From NCBI GenBank assembly GCA_900315095.1, contig OMXS01000018.1, positions 21,801-85,800 of the forward strand: 64,000 nucleotides of DNA. Reading direction: 5' to 3'. Numbering within the stretch: position 1 is the first letter of the stretch; every line of letters begins with the position of its first letter. Made by a program: the position numbers and the translations under genes. The notes below the pieces were generated by a model. That model was not told the DNA's origin. It did not search any database and saw only the letters and a list, made by a program, of their open reading frames with translations. Shown in pieces: positions 55,676 to 64,000 of this stretch. This DNA comes from an uncultured Prevotellaceae bacterium (GTDB taxonomy: Bacteria; Bacteroidota; Bacteroidia; Bacteroidales; Bacteroidaceae).

Positions 55676-58123
55676 ATGGCTAGGAAAAAGAAAGAACAGA
55701 AGCCTAAAAACCTGATGGAAACTGTGGGCTTCAAAAACATATTTCAAAATTATATATTTAACTTCTTGTTTGGTTTCGTGCTGGTGCTTCTTGCGGTTTT
55801 GATGGTCATTTCCTTCATCTCCTATTTTAGCACCTGTGATGCTGACCAAAGTCTTGTTTCCGAGATGAGAGCGGGCGACTGGCTTAATAGCGGCAAGGAG
55901 TTTCAGAACAGTTGCGGCTCTATTGGTGCTATAGTGTCCAATTATTTCATTGCCAAATGTTTCGGTTTGGCGGCATTTACTATACCTTTCTTCATCTTTT
56001 TAACCGGTCTTAGGCTGATGAAGGTTTACAATATCAACCTTCTGAAATGGTTCCTTTGTCTCGCAGTCATCACCATCTGGTGCTCTGTAGCATTCGCCAA
56101 ATTCCTTTCTGTGCCTTTTGAGAGTCAGGTATATAACCCTGGTGGCGGTCACGGACTTTACATCAGCCAATGGCTAGAGAACGTGATTGGTTCGCCAGGA
56201 CTCTATATTGTGCTTCTTTTTGTTGCCATCGCGTTCTTGACTTACTTAAGTTCGGAGACGATAGAAGTGATGAAGAAGATTCTCAATCCTTCATACTATC
56301 TTTCTAACAGGGTAAAGTTTACCATCACAAACTTTAAGAAAAAGACTGGAGAGATTATCAACGATGACGATGAAAAGGACCCCGATACGGCTGTAGTTTA
56401 TGATGACCCGGCACCGCAAACTGTCGATTTCACCGATGAGGGAATACGTGTGAATGCCCCGGCAAATACCGATGTGGACACATTAAACAGCGATAAGAAG
56501 CCTAAGGAGAACGCTCCTGCCAATGACCCGGGCATTGAGATTACTGTAGGTGAAGGTGATGAGAAGGCCGGAGGCAAGACTGTTGCAGGAAAGGTTGACC
56601 TGAACACTCCTATAAATCCTAAAGAGCCGTGGACAAGATACAAGTACCCTACCCTCGACTTGCTCAAGAAATACGACGATGGAGGCAAGGTGTTTGTAGA
56701 TGAAGACGAGCAGTTGGCGAACAAGAAACGTATCGTTGACGTGCTGGCATCATTCGGTGTGCAGATAAAGTCTATCCGTGCAACCGTAGGTCCTACCATC
56801 ACGCTTTATGAGATAACACCTGCTGAAGGCGTAAGAATATCAAAAATCAGAGGACTTGAAGACGATATCGCCCTCAGTCTTTCTGCTCTTGGCATTCGTA
56901 TCATCGCTCCTATCCCCGGCAAGGGTGCCATAGGTATCGAGGTTCCGAATGCTAAGCCGAGCATAGTGTCGATGGAGAGCATTCTCAACTCACGCAAATT
57001 CCAGGAGACAAAGATGGAACTGCCTATCGCACTCGGCAAAACTATCACCAACGAAGTTTACATGGTGGACCTTGCGAAGATACCTCATCTGCTCGTAGCA
57101 GGTGCTACTGGTCAGGGAAAGTCTGTAGGTTTGAATGCAATCATCACTTCCCTACTCTACAAGAAGCACCCGAATGAGCTGAAGTTTGTGCTTATCGACC
57201 CGAAGAAAGTGGAGTTTCCGGTTTATAACCCGATAGCAAACCACTTCCTTGCAAAGGTTCCTGACGATAACGAAGAGCCTATCATTACAGATGTAACCAA
57301 GGTTATACGCACGTTGAACAGCCTTTGTACTTTGATGGACGACCGCTACAGCATGCTTAAGAAGGCTGCCGTGAGAAACATCAAGGAATATAACGCCATG
57401 TACGTCAACCACCAGTTGAATCCCGAAGAAGGTCATGAGTACATGCCATATATCGTTGTTATCATCGATGAGTTTGGCGATTTGATTATGACAGCGGGTA
57501 AAGAGATTGAGATGCCTATAGCTCGTATCGCCCAGCTTGCACGCGCCGTGGGTATCCACATGGTAATTGCGACACAACGACCTACCACAACAATCATCAC
57601 AGGTAACATCAAGGCGAACTTCCCGGGACGTATGGCGTTCAAGGTAAGTGCCATGATCGACTCGCGCACAATTCTCGACCAGAAGGGCGCGGAACAACTG
57701 ATAGGACGCGGAGACATGCTCATTCTCAACGGCAACACACCTGTCCGCGTGCAATGTGCATTCGTAGATACTCCTGAAGTAAAGCGCATCAACGAGTTCA
57801 TAAAAGACCAGCCAGGTCCTATAGAGCCAATGGAACTGCCCGAACCGGCAGTAGATGAAGGCGGAGTCGGTGCAACAAGCATCAGTACTGATGACCTTGA
57901 CCCGCTGTTCACGCAAGTAGCGCGCACTATAGTGCTCAACCAACAAGGCTCAACAAGTATGATTCAGCGTAATTTCTCAATAGGTTTCAACCGCGCAGGA
58001 CGACTTATGGACCAGATGGAAAAGGCAGGTATCGTAGGTGCTGCACAAGGCAGCAAGCCTCGTGAGGTGCTTATTGCAGATGAAAATTCGTTAAACAACC
58101 TTTTAAATAACCTTCGCCATTAA
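55676..58123 (+). CDS. ftsK: DNA translocase FtsK
   Basis: N-terminal TMs; GPTITLYE, PHLLVAGATGQGKS, IIDEFGD, ATQRP, gamma domain IGFNRAGRLMDQME. Confidence 0.96.
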   Translation: MARKKKEQKPKNLMETVGFKNIFQNYIFNFLFGFVLVLLAVLMVISFISYFSTCDADQSLVSEMRAGDWLNSGKEFQNSCGSIGAIVSNYFIAKCFGLAAFTIPFFIFLTGLRLMKVYNINLLKWFLCLAVITIWCSVAFAKFLSVPFESQVYNPGGGHGLYISQWLENVIGSPGLYIVLLFVAIAFLTYLSSETIEVMKKILNPSYYLSNRVKFTITNFKKKTGEIINDDDEKDPDTAVVYDDPAPQTVDFTDEGIRVNAPANTDVDTLNSDKKPKENAPANDPGIEITVGEGDEKAGGKTVAGKVDLNTPINPKEPWTRYKYPTLDLLKKYDDGGKVFVDEDEQLANKKRIVDVLASFGVQIKSIRATVGPTITLYEITPAEGVRISKIRGLEDDIALSLSALGIRIIAPIPGKGAIGIEVPNAKPSIVSMESILNSRKFQETKMELPIALGKTITNEVYMVDLAKIPHLLVAGATGQGKSVGLNAIITSLLYKKHPNELKFVLIDPKKVEFPVYNPIANHFLAKVPDDNEEPIITDVTKVIRTLNSLCTLMDDRYSMLKKAAVRNIKEYNAMYVNHQLNPEEGHEYMPYIVVIIDEFGDLIMTAGKEIEMPIARIAQLARAVGIHMVIATQRPTTTIITGNIKANFPGRMAFKVSAMIDSRTILDQKGAEQLIGRGDMLILNGNTPVRVQCAFVDTPEVKRINEFIKDQPGPIEPMELPEPAVDEGGVGATSISTDDLDPLFTQVARTIVLNQQGSTSMIQRNFSIGFNRAGRLMDQMEKAGIVGAAQGSKPREVLIADENSLNNLLNNLRH

Positions 58124-58175
58124 ACCATTTGTACACGGAGGTCTCTAAAAGGAAAAAGGTTAAACAGGATAGAAT

Positions 58176-58784
58176 ATGAAAAAGAGTTTTATTATAACAT
58201 TATTGTTGGCTTTGGTGTCAACATTATCTTTTGGCCAGAATGCATCACAAGCACGCAGCATATTAGACAAAGCAGCAAGTGTGATAGGACGTAAGGGAGG
58301 CGCAACGGCCAACTTCTCCATCTCAGGAAAGTATGGTAATTCTAGTGGTACCATTGCAATAAAGGGCAATAAGTTCCGTGCCACTACCCCTGATGCTATC
58401 GTATGGTATGATGGCAAAACCGAGTGGACTTACATAAAGAAGAACGAAGAGGTTAATGTAAGCACTCCCACGGAGGCTCAGCAGCAAGCGATGAATCCCT
58501 ATAAGTTCATTACTATCTACAAGAATGGCTTCAACTTGAGCATGACTTCTACCGCTTCTGACCATAGCATTCATCTTGTGGCGCAGAACCAAAGCCGCAC
58601 CATCAAGGAGATGTACATCATCGTGGACAAGCGCACCAATCTTCCGAAGCAGGTAAAGATGCGCCAGCAAAACGGCTGGTCAACCATCAACATATCCAAC
58701 TTCAAGGCTGTAAACCAGAGTGATGCAACATTCCGCTTCAACTCTAAGGATTTCCCGCATGCCGAAGTAATTGACCTAAGATAA
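58176..58784 (+). CDS. lolA: LolA-like outer-membrane lipoprotein carrier
   Basis: G....KGNKF......WYDGKT.W.Y....EV.VS; conserved position after ftsK. Confidence 0.8.
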   Translation: MKKSFIITLLLALVSTLSFGQNASQARSILDKAASVIGRKGGATANFSISGKYGNSSGTIAIKGNKFRATTPDAIVWYDGKTEWTYIKKNEEVNVSTPTEAQQQAMNPYKFITIYKNGFNLSMTSTASDHSIHLVAQNQSRTIKEMYIIVDKRTNLPKQVKMRQQNGWSTINISNFKAVNQSDATFRFNSKDFPHAEVIDLR

Positions 58785-58841
58785 CTTATAATATTTCTTT
58801 ATCACATAACCCGTTACCAAATATCCTTCACCTAAGCAATA

Positions 58842-60341
58842 ATGAACCGCTTTCAAATATACCGCGCCCTATACAATCACGACAAGTTAAAGAACCGCAG
58901 AAGCCCGATTTTCGGGCAGAACATGGTTGCAAAGGTTTTTGTAGGCATAGGCACGGCTACCACAATACTGTATCTTGTATTTCTCGCGATAATATTAGCG
59001 CTGGCAGCCAACAGCAGTTCCTGGCTTGAAGGCTACGAACTAATGTTCTCGGTATTGCCTTTTGTTCTTGTTGCCGATTTCTTATTCAGGTTCATAGCGC
59101 AGCAAACGCCTATGCAACTTGTGCATCCTTACATGCTGTTTCCAATGCCCAAGAGCGCTTGCATCGAGTCGTTCGTCATATTCTCGATACTTAGTTGGGG
59201 CAATCTCACATGGCTTGCGCTGTTCCTCCCATATGCAATAATGAGCGTACTGTTCCAAACAGGCGTTCTCTGCACATTGTCTTTTCTTATCGCCTTGCAG
59301 CTTTTCATCGTGCTGAACAGCCTTTGGTACATGCTCTGTCGTACACTCATCATCAGCAAGATATGGTGGTGGATTCTGCCGATAACTGTATATGCAATTA
59401 TTGCCCTGCCTTGGATACTAAAAGACGTTGAACATTTCTTCGAGTTCTATGCTCGTTTTGGCGATTGGTTCACACATGGAAATGTGCTGGCATATCTGGC
59501 ACTTTTTGCCGCTATTGCCTTGCTATTCTACATCAATCTCAAAGTTCAGGGACACTATATATATAAAGAGGTGACCGACCAAGGCACCAAGAAGATGAAG
59601 AGCGTGACTACATTCAACTTCCTAAACCGTTTCGGTGAGACAGGCGAATATCTGAAACTGGAGGTTAAGAGCATAATGAGGAATAAGAATGTACGCAATT
59701 CTTTCATCATGGGAACATTGCTAACATGCATGCTCAGCCTTCTCATCGCCTACACAGACCTCTACAGCGACAGTTTCTCCACGAAGTTCTGGCTTGTGTA
59801 TGTCTTTGTTCTTTACGGCGCAATCACGCTGATCAAGGTGATGAGTTATGAAGGCAACTACCTCGACGGACTTATGGTTTACAAGGAAAACATACTCGTT
59901 CTGCTTCGCGCCAAGTACTTTTTCTATATTTTCCTGCTTGCTCTGCCGATGCTTTTGATGCTCCCTACTGTGTTTATGGGCAAGTACTCGCTACTTAACC
60001 TTATATCTGTAGCGACTTTCACGGCCGGACCTGTGTTCTGCCTTCTTATGCAGATGGCAGTATATAACAAGCAAGCCACCCCGCTGAACACCAAGATGGT
60101 AAGCCGCGGAAGTGTCGAGACAAACTGGATGCAGGTAGTTTTCGAGCTTGTTGCAATGTTTGTTCCTGTTGTCATCATCAGCATTCTGATGGCATTATTC
60201 AGCGAGACAGTCACCTATATCATTCTTCTTGTTATCGGTCTAGTCTTTGTTGTCTTCCATGAGTACTGGCTTCGCCACATATACAAGCGCTTTATGAAGC
60301 GCCGTTATATCAACATGGATTCCTTCAGGGCATGCAGATAA
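58842..60341 (+). CDS. DUF5687 family multi-pass membrane protein
   Basis: About 12 TMs; DF..RF..QQ.P......PY...P; GEYLKLE.KSI.RNK; M.YEGNY.DGL. Confidence 0.78.
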   Translation: MNRFQIYRALYNHDKLKNRRSPIFGQNMVAKVFVGIGTATTILYLVFLAIILALAANSSSWLEGYELMFSVLPFVLVADFLFRFIAQQTPMQLVHPYMLFPMPKSACIESFVIFSILSWGNLTWLALFLPYAIMSVLFQTGVLCTLSFLIALQLFIVLNSLWYMLCRTLIISKIWWWILPITVYAIIALPWILKDVEHFFEFYARFGDWFTHGNVLAYLALFAAIALLFYINLKVQGHYIYKEVTDQGTKKMKSVTTFNFLNRFGETGEYLKLEVKSIMRNKNVRNSFIMGTLLTCMLSLLIAYTDLYSDSFSTKFWLVYVFVLYGAITLIKVMSYEGNYLDGLMVYKENILVLLRAKYFFYIFLLALPMLLMLPTVFMGKYSLLNLISVATFTAGPVFCLLMQMAVYNKQATPLNTKMVSRGSVETNWMQVVFELVAMFVPVVIISILMALFSETVTYIILLVIGLVFVVFHEYWLRHIYKRFMKRRYINMDSFRACR

Positions 60342-60543
60342 CATCTTTTTCATGTTTCACTATCAATATCGACACCATTTGCGACAATTTTTAGAGGCAT
60401 CTGAACGATTTGTCGTAACATAATGTTGTTGTCGCAACAATTACGTCATTCTTGTGCCATTTTTGTTTGTGACGAATTCAAAAACTGCTAACTTTGCACC
60501 AGAAATGAAAACAAATAGTATAATTAAAGTAAAAATTAAAGTT

Positions 60544-60975
60544 ATGAAAAGGATTTATTCAACATTGATGATGATTGCCATGATGGCAGTAGCAACTATT
60601 TCTCTCAACTCATGCAGCGTTGCTGACGACATTGGCAAAAGTATTGACAAAGCGATTGACAAAATTTCGTTGAACGGAAAAACATTTTCTAACTATTCTG
60701 ACGAGACAATGGCTAACAACACATGTAAGATTTTCAAGTTCTACTCAAATGGTTCTGTTATACTTCTCGAAATTGTTGATGATGTTGCTCAAAAGAGTGA
60801 AGGCGAATGGAATGTATCTGGCAACAACGTGACAATTAACATGAAAAGTGGCAAAAGGAACAAAGGAACATTCAAAGGTACAGTTGGAAGCAACACATTA
60901 CGCCTGACAATAGACGGAAAGTCTTATACTTTTAGCGACGGCTATAATGACTTATTTAATCAATATAATAAATAA
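60544..60975 (+). CDS. Hypothetical lipoprotein (lipocalin-like beta fold possible)
   Basis: Lipobox SLNSC; G.W.VSGN.VTI. Start moved to MKRIYS. Confidence 0.75.
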   Translation: MKRIYSTLMMIAMMAVATISLNSCSVADDIGKSIDKAIDKISLNGKTFSNYSDETMANNTCKIFKFYSNGSVILLEIVDDVAQKSEGEWNVSGNNVTINMKSGKRNKGTFKGTVGSNTLRLTIDGKSYTFSDGYNDLFNQYNK

Positions 60976-61014
60976 GATTTCCGAAAAGAAATAAAGTGAA
61001 ACATAGATAAAGTT

Positions 61015-61050
61015 ATCCCCAGAGTTTATTTGCAAACTCTGGGGATTTCT
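61015..61050 (+). terminator. Intrinsic terminator
   Basis: ATCCCCAGAGTTT-ATTTGC-AAACTCTGGGGAT + TTCT. Confidence 0.8.
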
Positions 61051-61228
61051 GTTTGTGTTAGTCGGACACTTCTGAAAACGTTTTCGTTTTATTATCTTTA
61101 CCTTATTAATATATATTGTAAAATAATTATTATCTTTGCAGCGGTAACATATACATATACTATCAAGTAAACTTAAACTCGCAAACTTATAAACTTAAAA
61201 CTTAAAAACATATAATACTAAAACGAAA

Positions 61229-61678
61229 ATGAACAAGAAAACTTTACACATTTTTCTTTTGTTGTTGCTCTTCGCTACTTCTGCCTTCGCAGATACTACG
61301 CAGACAATCACCATAAACGGTGAGACGGTGGAGCAAGTGGCAACAAAACTGACATTCAACGGCGACAAGGTTATAATCACCTACAGCAACGGTGAGAACT
61401 CTGGCGAGGTTGATATGGAGAGCGTGGTGATAACATTCACTACGTCAACAGGCATCGGTGCCATCAGCACCTATCAGTTCAACAGCATCGTTGACGGCAC
61501 TTTGAATATCGGGAATATTGCCGACGGCACTCCTATCGTTGTTTACAACACCTCTGGTTCGATTGTGGCATCGGTGAAATCTTCAGGCAATAGCGCACAA
61601 ATAGATATCAACGGACAGCCATCGGGTATCTACTTGCTGAAAGCAGGAAAACAAGTTGTGAAATTCGTAAAACGCTAA
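61229..61678 (+). CDS. Small T9SS cargo protein (type A CTD)
   Basis: Signal peptide; CTD IVVYNTSGSIV....IDINGQPSGIYLLKAGKQVVKFVKR. Confidence 0.85.
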   Translation: MNKKTLHIFLLLLLFATSAFADTTQTITINGETVEQVATKLTFNGDKVIITYSNGENSGEVDMESVVITFTTSTGIGAISTYQFNSIVDGTLNIGNIADGTPIVVYNTSGSIVASVKSSGNSAQIDINGQPSGIYLLKAGKQVVKFVKR

Positions 61679-61694
61679 TTGGGGAGGAATGATT

Positions 61695-64000
61695 ATGAAA
61701 AAGTTATTATCTTTTATACTTGCAATAATTGCAACACTTTCAGTTAGCGCTCAGAGCATTGACCTTAACTTTACATCATTCAGTAGTGCTGACCAAGCAC
61801 TTGTAGGTGATGACGCCACAAACTGGTATCACCAGACAGGCAGCAACAACCGCTGGCATCACATTACCGCTATCAACAGCGAAGCACTCACAGCCAACGG
61901 CACCGAACTCGACTATGCCAAGGGCCTGATCTTCACGGTTGGTAGTGGAAGTGAAACTAGTGGTAACCTCCGTATTGACATCAAGAGCAAACGCATGTGG
62001 GTTAGCGGAAGCTCGAAGATTGTCATTCCTAATGTGGAAGAAGGCAAAGAGATTTATGTCTCTGCTAAAACCTCTGCCGGCAACGATGTCCCCGACAATG
62101 AAAAAGCACGCAGCGTGAACATCTCAAGCAACGTAACCCCTACCTCAGGCTCGTTCAACGTGGCAAGCGATGCTGCTGTTGACAACTACGGAATAGTAAA
62201 TGCGGCAGGTGATGTGACTATTACTTTCTCTGGCGCCATGTACATCTACGCCATTTCTGTAGGTGAACCAAGCAGCGAGGAAGGCGGTTCTGACACTCCC
62301 GTAATACCGAGCGTCACGGACAACGCGTACTCAGTATCATCTAACCTTTTGGCCAATCAAGTGCTCATCAACGCCAATGACGACGTGAAGTTCTATAATT
62401 CCGCCGACGTGACGAGCATCGACATCAACGGCAACCAAGTGAAAGTGTCACAGGGAAACAATGTTGACACATACGCAGGAACCGTTTCTGAAATTTCCTT
62501 CCGTAAGGCAAATGAAGGTGACAAAGCAACAGTAGCAAACGAAGAAGGCAAAGTGAACATCACAGAGTCGAAAGGTTGGTTTGAGTCTGCTTATGTTAAG
62601 TTCGACAAGTTCAATGGTGCAAGTAAATATAACGTATATATCAAGGGCGGTAAATATGCTGATTATACCAAGATAGACGAGCAACTTGTCCGCGAATACA
62701 AGACTTATATCCGTGCTGATGTTGTCGGTTTGGTGGCAGGCGAAGGCTATGAGATAAAAGTTATTCCTGTTAATGAATCTGACGCAGAAATGTCATCTGC
62801 AGCCAATAGCGCAACAGACATCAAGGTAACTGCCTATGACCGCAACGGCTTTGCTCACAAGGGTGCAACCGAGGGCGTAGGTGCATACAATAATGATGGT
62901 TCGTTGAAGGCAAATGCTATTGTGCTTTATGTGACCAAGAACAATGCAAAGACCGTGAGCGCAGACATCAAGATGAGTTCTTCTGGCACCACAAAGTGCA
63001 CCGGATTACAGAAAATCCTCCTTGCATATCAGAAAGGTCTTGAGACAAGACCTCTCGACGTACGCATCATTGGAACAATAAACGCATCTGATTGCGACTA
63101 CTTTGAAAGCAGCGAAGAAGGCATACAGATTAAGGGAAAAAACTCTTACTCAAAGCTTAACATCACCATCGAGGGCATCGGAGAGGATGCTGTGACCAAG
63201 GGATTCGGCTTCCTAATCCGCAATGCAGGCTATGTTGAGTTCCGCAACTTTGCCAATATGCTCTGCATGGACGATGCTGTTTCAATAGATACCGACAACG
63301 AACACATCTGGATTCATAACCTCGACATGTTCTACGGACAAGCAGGTGGTGACTCTGATCAGGCAAAAGGTGACGGTACTATTGACCTCAAGGGTGACTC
63401 TCGCTATATTACCATCTCGTATAACCACTTCTGGGACAGCGGAAAGTCATCGCTTTGCGGTATGAAGAGTGAAACAGGCCCTAACTGGATAACCTATCAT
63501 CACAACTGGTTCGACCACTCCGACTCTCGTCATCCACGCATTCGCACCATGAGTGTTCACGTTTATAATAACTACTATGACGGTAACTCAAAGTACGGTG
63601 TGGGCGCTGCTTACAAGAGCAATGCATTCGTTGAGAACAACTACTTCCGCGGAAACAAGTGCCCGATGCTTATCTCTCAGCAGGGTTCAGACATCTCAAG
63701 TGATCCCGATGGCACATTCTCTGGCGAAGACGGAGGTATGATTAAGTCGTTCGGAAACGTTATGGTTGAGAACACCAAGTACTTCAAATACGTTACATAC
63801 CAGCAGAATAACACTCAGTTTGATGCGTACGAGGCTTCTTCTCGCGACGAGAAAGTGCCTGCAAATGTAGTCGCATTAAAGGGAGGCCGCGGTTATGACA
63901 ACTTCGATACTGATGCCAGCATCATGTACGAATATGATGTTGACGACGCCAACGCCGTTCCTGACATTGTAACAGGATGGCTCGGAGCAGGAAGAATGAA
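61695..64000 (+). CDS. Multidomain secreted pectate lyase (PL1), 3'-partial
   Basis: Open frame from ATG 61695 to the window end (absent from the ORF track). Signal peptide; GVGAYNNDG; D.KGDG..D.KG...ITISYNHF; TYHHNWFDHSDSRHPRIR; VHVYNNYY. Confidence 0.9.
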   Translation, partial: MKKLLSFILAIIATLSVSAQSIDLNFTSFSSADQALVGDDATNWYHQTGSNNRWHHITAINSEALTANGTELDYAKGLIFTVGSGSETSGNLRIDIKSKRMWVSGSSKIVIPNVEEGKEIYVSAKTSAGNDVPDNEKARSVNISSNVTPTSGSFNVASDAAVDNYGIVNAAGDVTITFSGAMYIYAISVGEPSSEEGGSDTPVIPSVTDNAYSVSSNLLANQVLINANDDVKFYNSADVTSIDINGNQVKVSQGNNVDTYAGTVSEISFRKANEGDKATVANEEGKVNITESKGWFESAYVKFDKFNGASKYNVYIKGGKYADYTKIDEQLVREYKTYIRADVVGLVAGEGYEIKVIPVNESDAEMSSAANSATDIKVTAYDRNGFAHKGATEGVGAYNNDGSLKANAIVLYVTKNNAKTVSADIKMSSSGTTKCTGLQKILLAYQKGLETRPLDVRIIGTINASDCDYFESSEEGIQIKGKNSYSKLNITIEGIGEDAVTKGFGFLIRNAGYVEFRNFANMLCMDDAVSIDTDNEHIWIHNLDMFYGQAGGDSDQAKGDGTIDLKGDSRYITISYNHFWDSGKSSLCGMKSETGPNWITYHHNWFDHSDSRHPRIRTMSVHVYNNYYDGNSKYGVGAAYKSNAFVENNYFRGNKCPMLISQQGSDISSDPDGTFSGEDGGMIKSFGNVMVENTKYFKYVTYQQNNTQFDAYEASSRDEKVPANVVALKGGRGYDNFDTDASIMYEYDVDDANAVPDIVTGWLGAGRM

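Noticed and set aside
61681-61697. Shine-Dalgarno-like GGAGG before the pectate lyase
   Set aside because: A single occurrence is not informative, since Bacteroidia generally initiate without SD pairing.
1-64000. tRNA, rRNA, IS transposase, integrase or invertible promoter
   Set aside because: No cloverleaf or rRNA signatures, no DDE or tyrosine/serine recombinase motifs, and no promoter flanked by matching inverted repeats were seen.

Overview
This is a chromosomal segment of a Bacteroidales bacterium, most likely Prevotellaceae. The assignment is inferred from TAnnTTTG promoters, T9SS C-terminal domains, the HU-like family and heptamer intergenic repeats. The first ~11.5 kb is a mosaic. 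It holds a mobile-element relic (low-GC ORF, truncated multi-HTH excisionase-like gene, element end cutting a BspA-type LRR gene) and a DUF559 endonuclease cassette between REP/REPIN-like hairpins. It also holds core genes (relA-like, DUF4301) and a small island (phage-like wHTH gene, HU-like gene, membrane protein, lipoprotein). A ~450-bp REPIN+promoter+uORF+attenuator unit occurs twice in inverted orientation, once with and once without the DUF559 cassette. The rest is mostly core or metabolic: pgm, rlmH, two GH5s, a TlpA-DUF6029-Omp28-T9SS operon whose five proteins all carry dithiol motifs, a LytS/LytTR pair, an ATPase-less TolC/HlyD/ABC-2 efflux operon, DPP-IV, gmd/fcl/manC, a secreted endonuclease I, xylBA, menI-F-D, tilS, an RlmI-type methyltransferase, ftsK, lolA and a PL1 pectate lyase running off the end. 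Several small dispersed repeat elements are present. I found no rRNA, tRNA, CRISPR array or intact integrase. Product names come from motif recognition only; no database searches were run.
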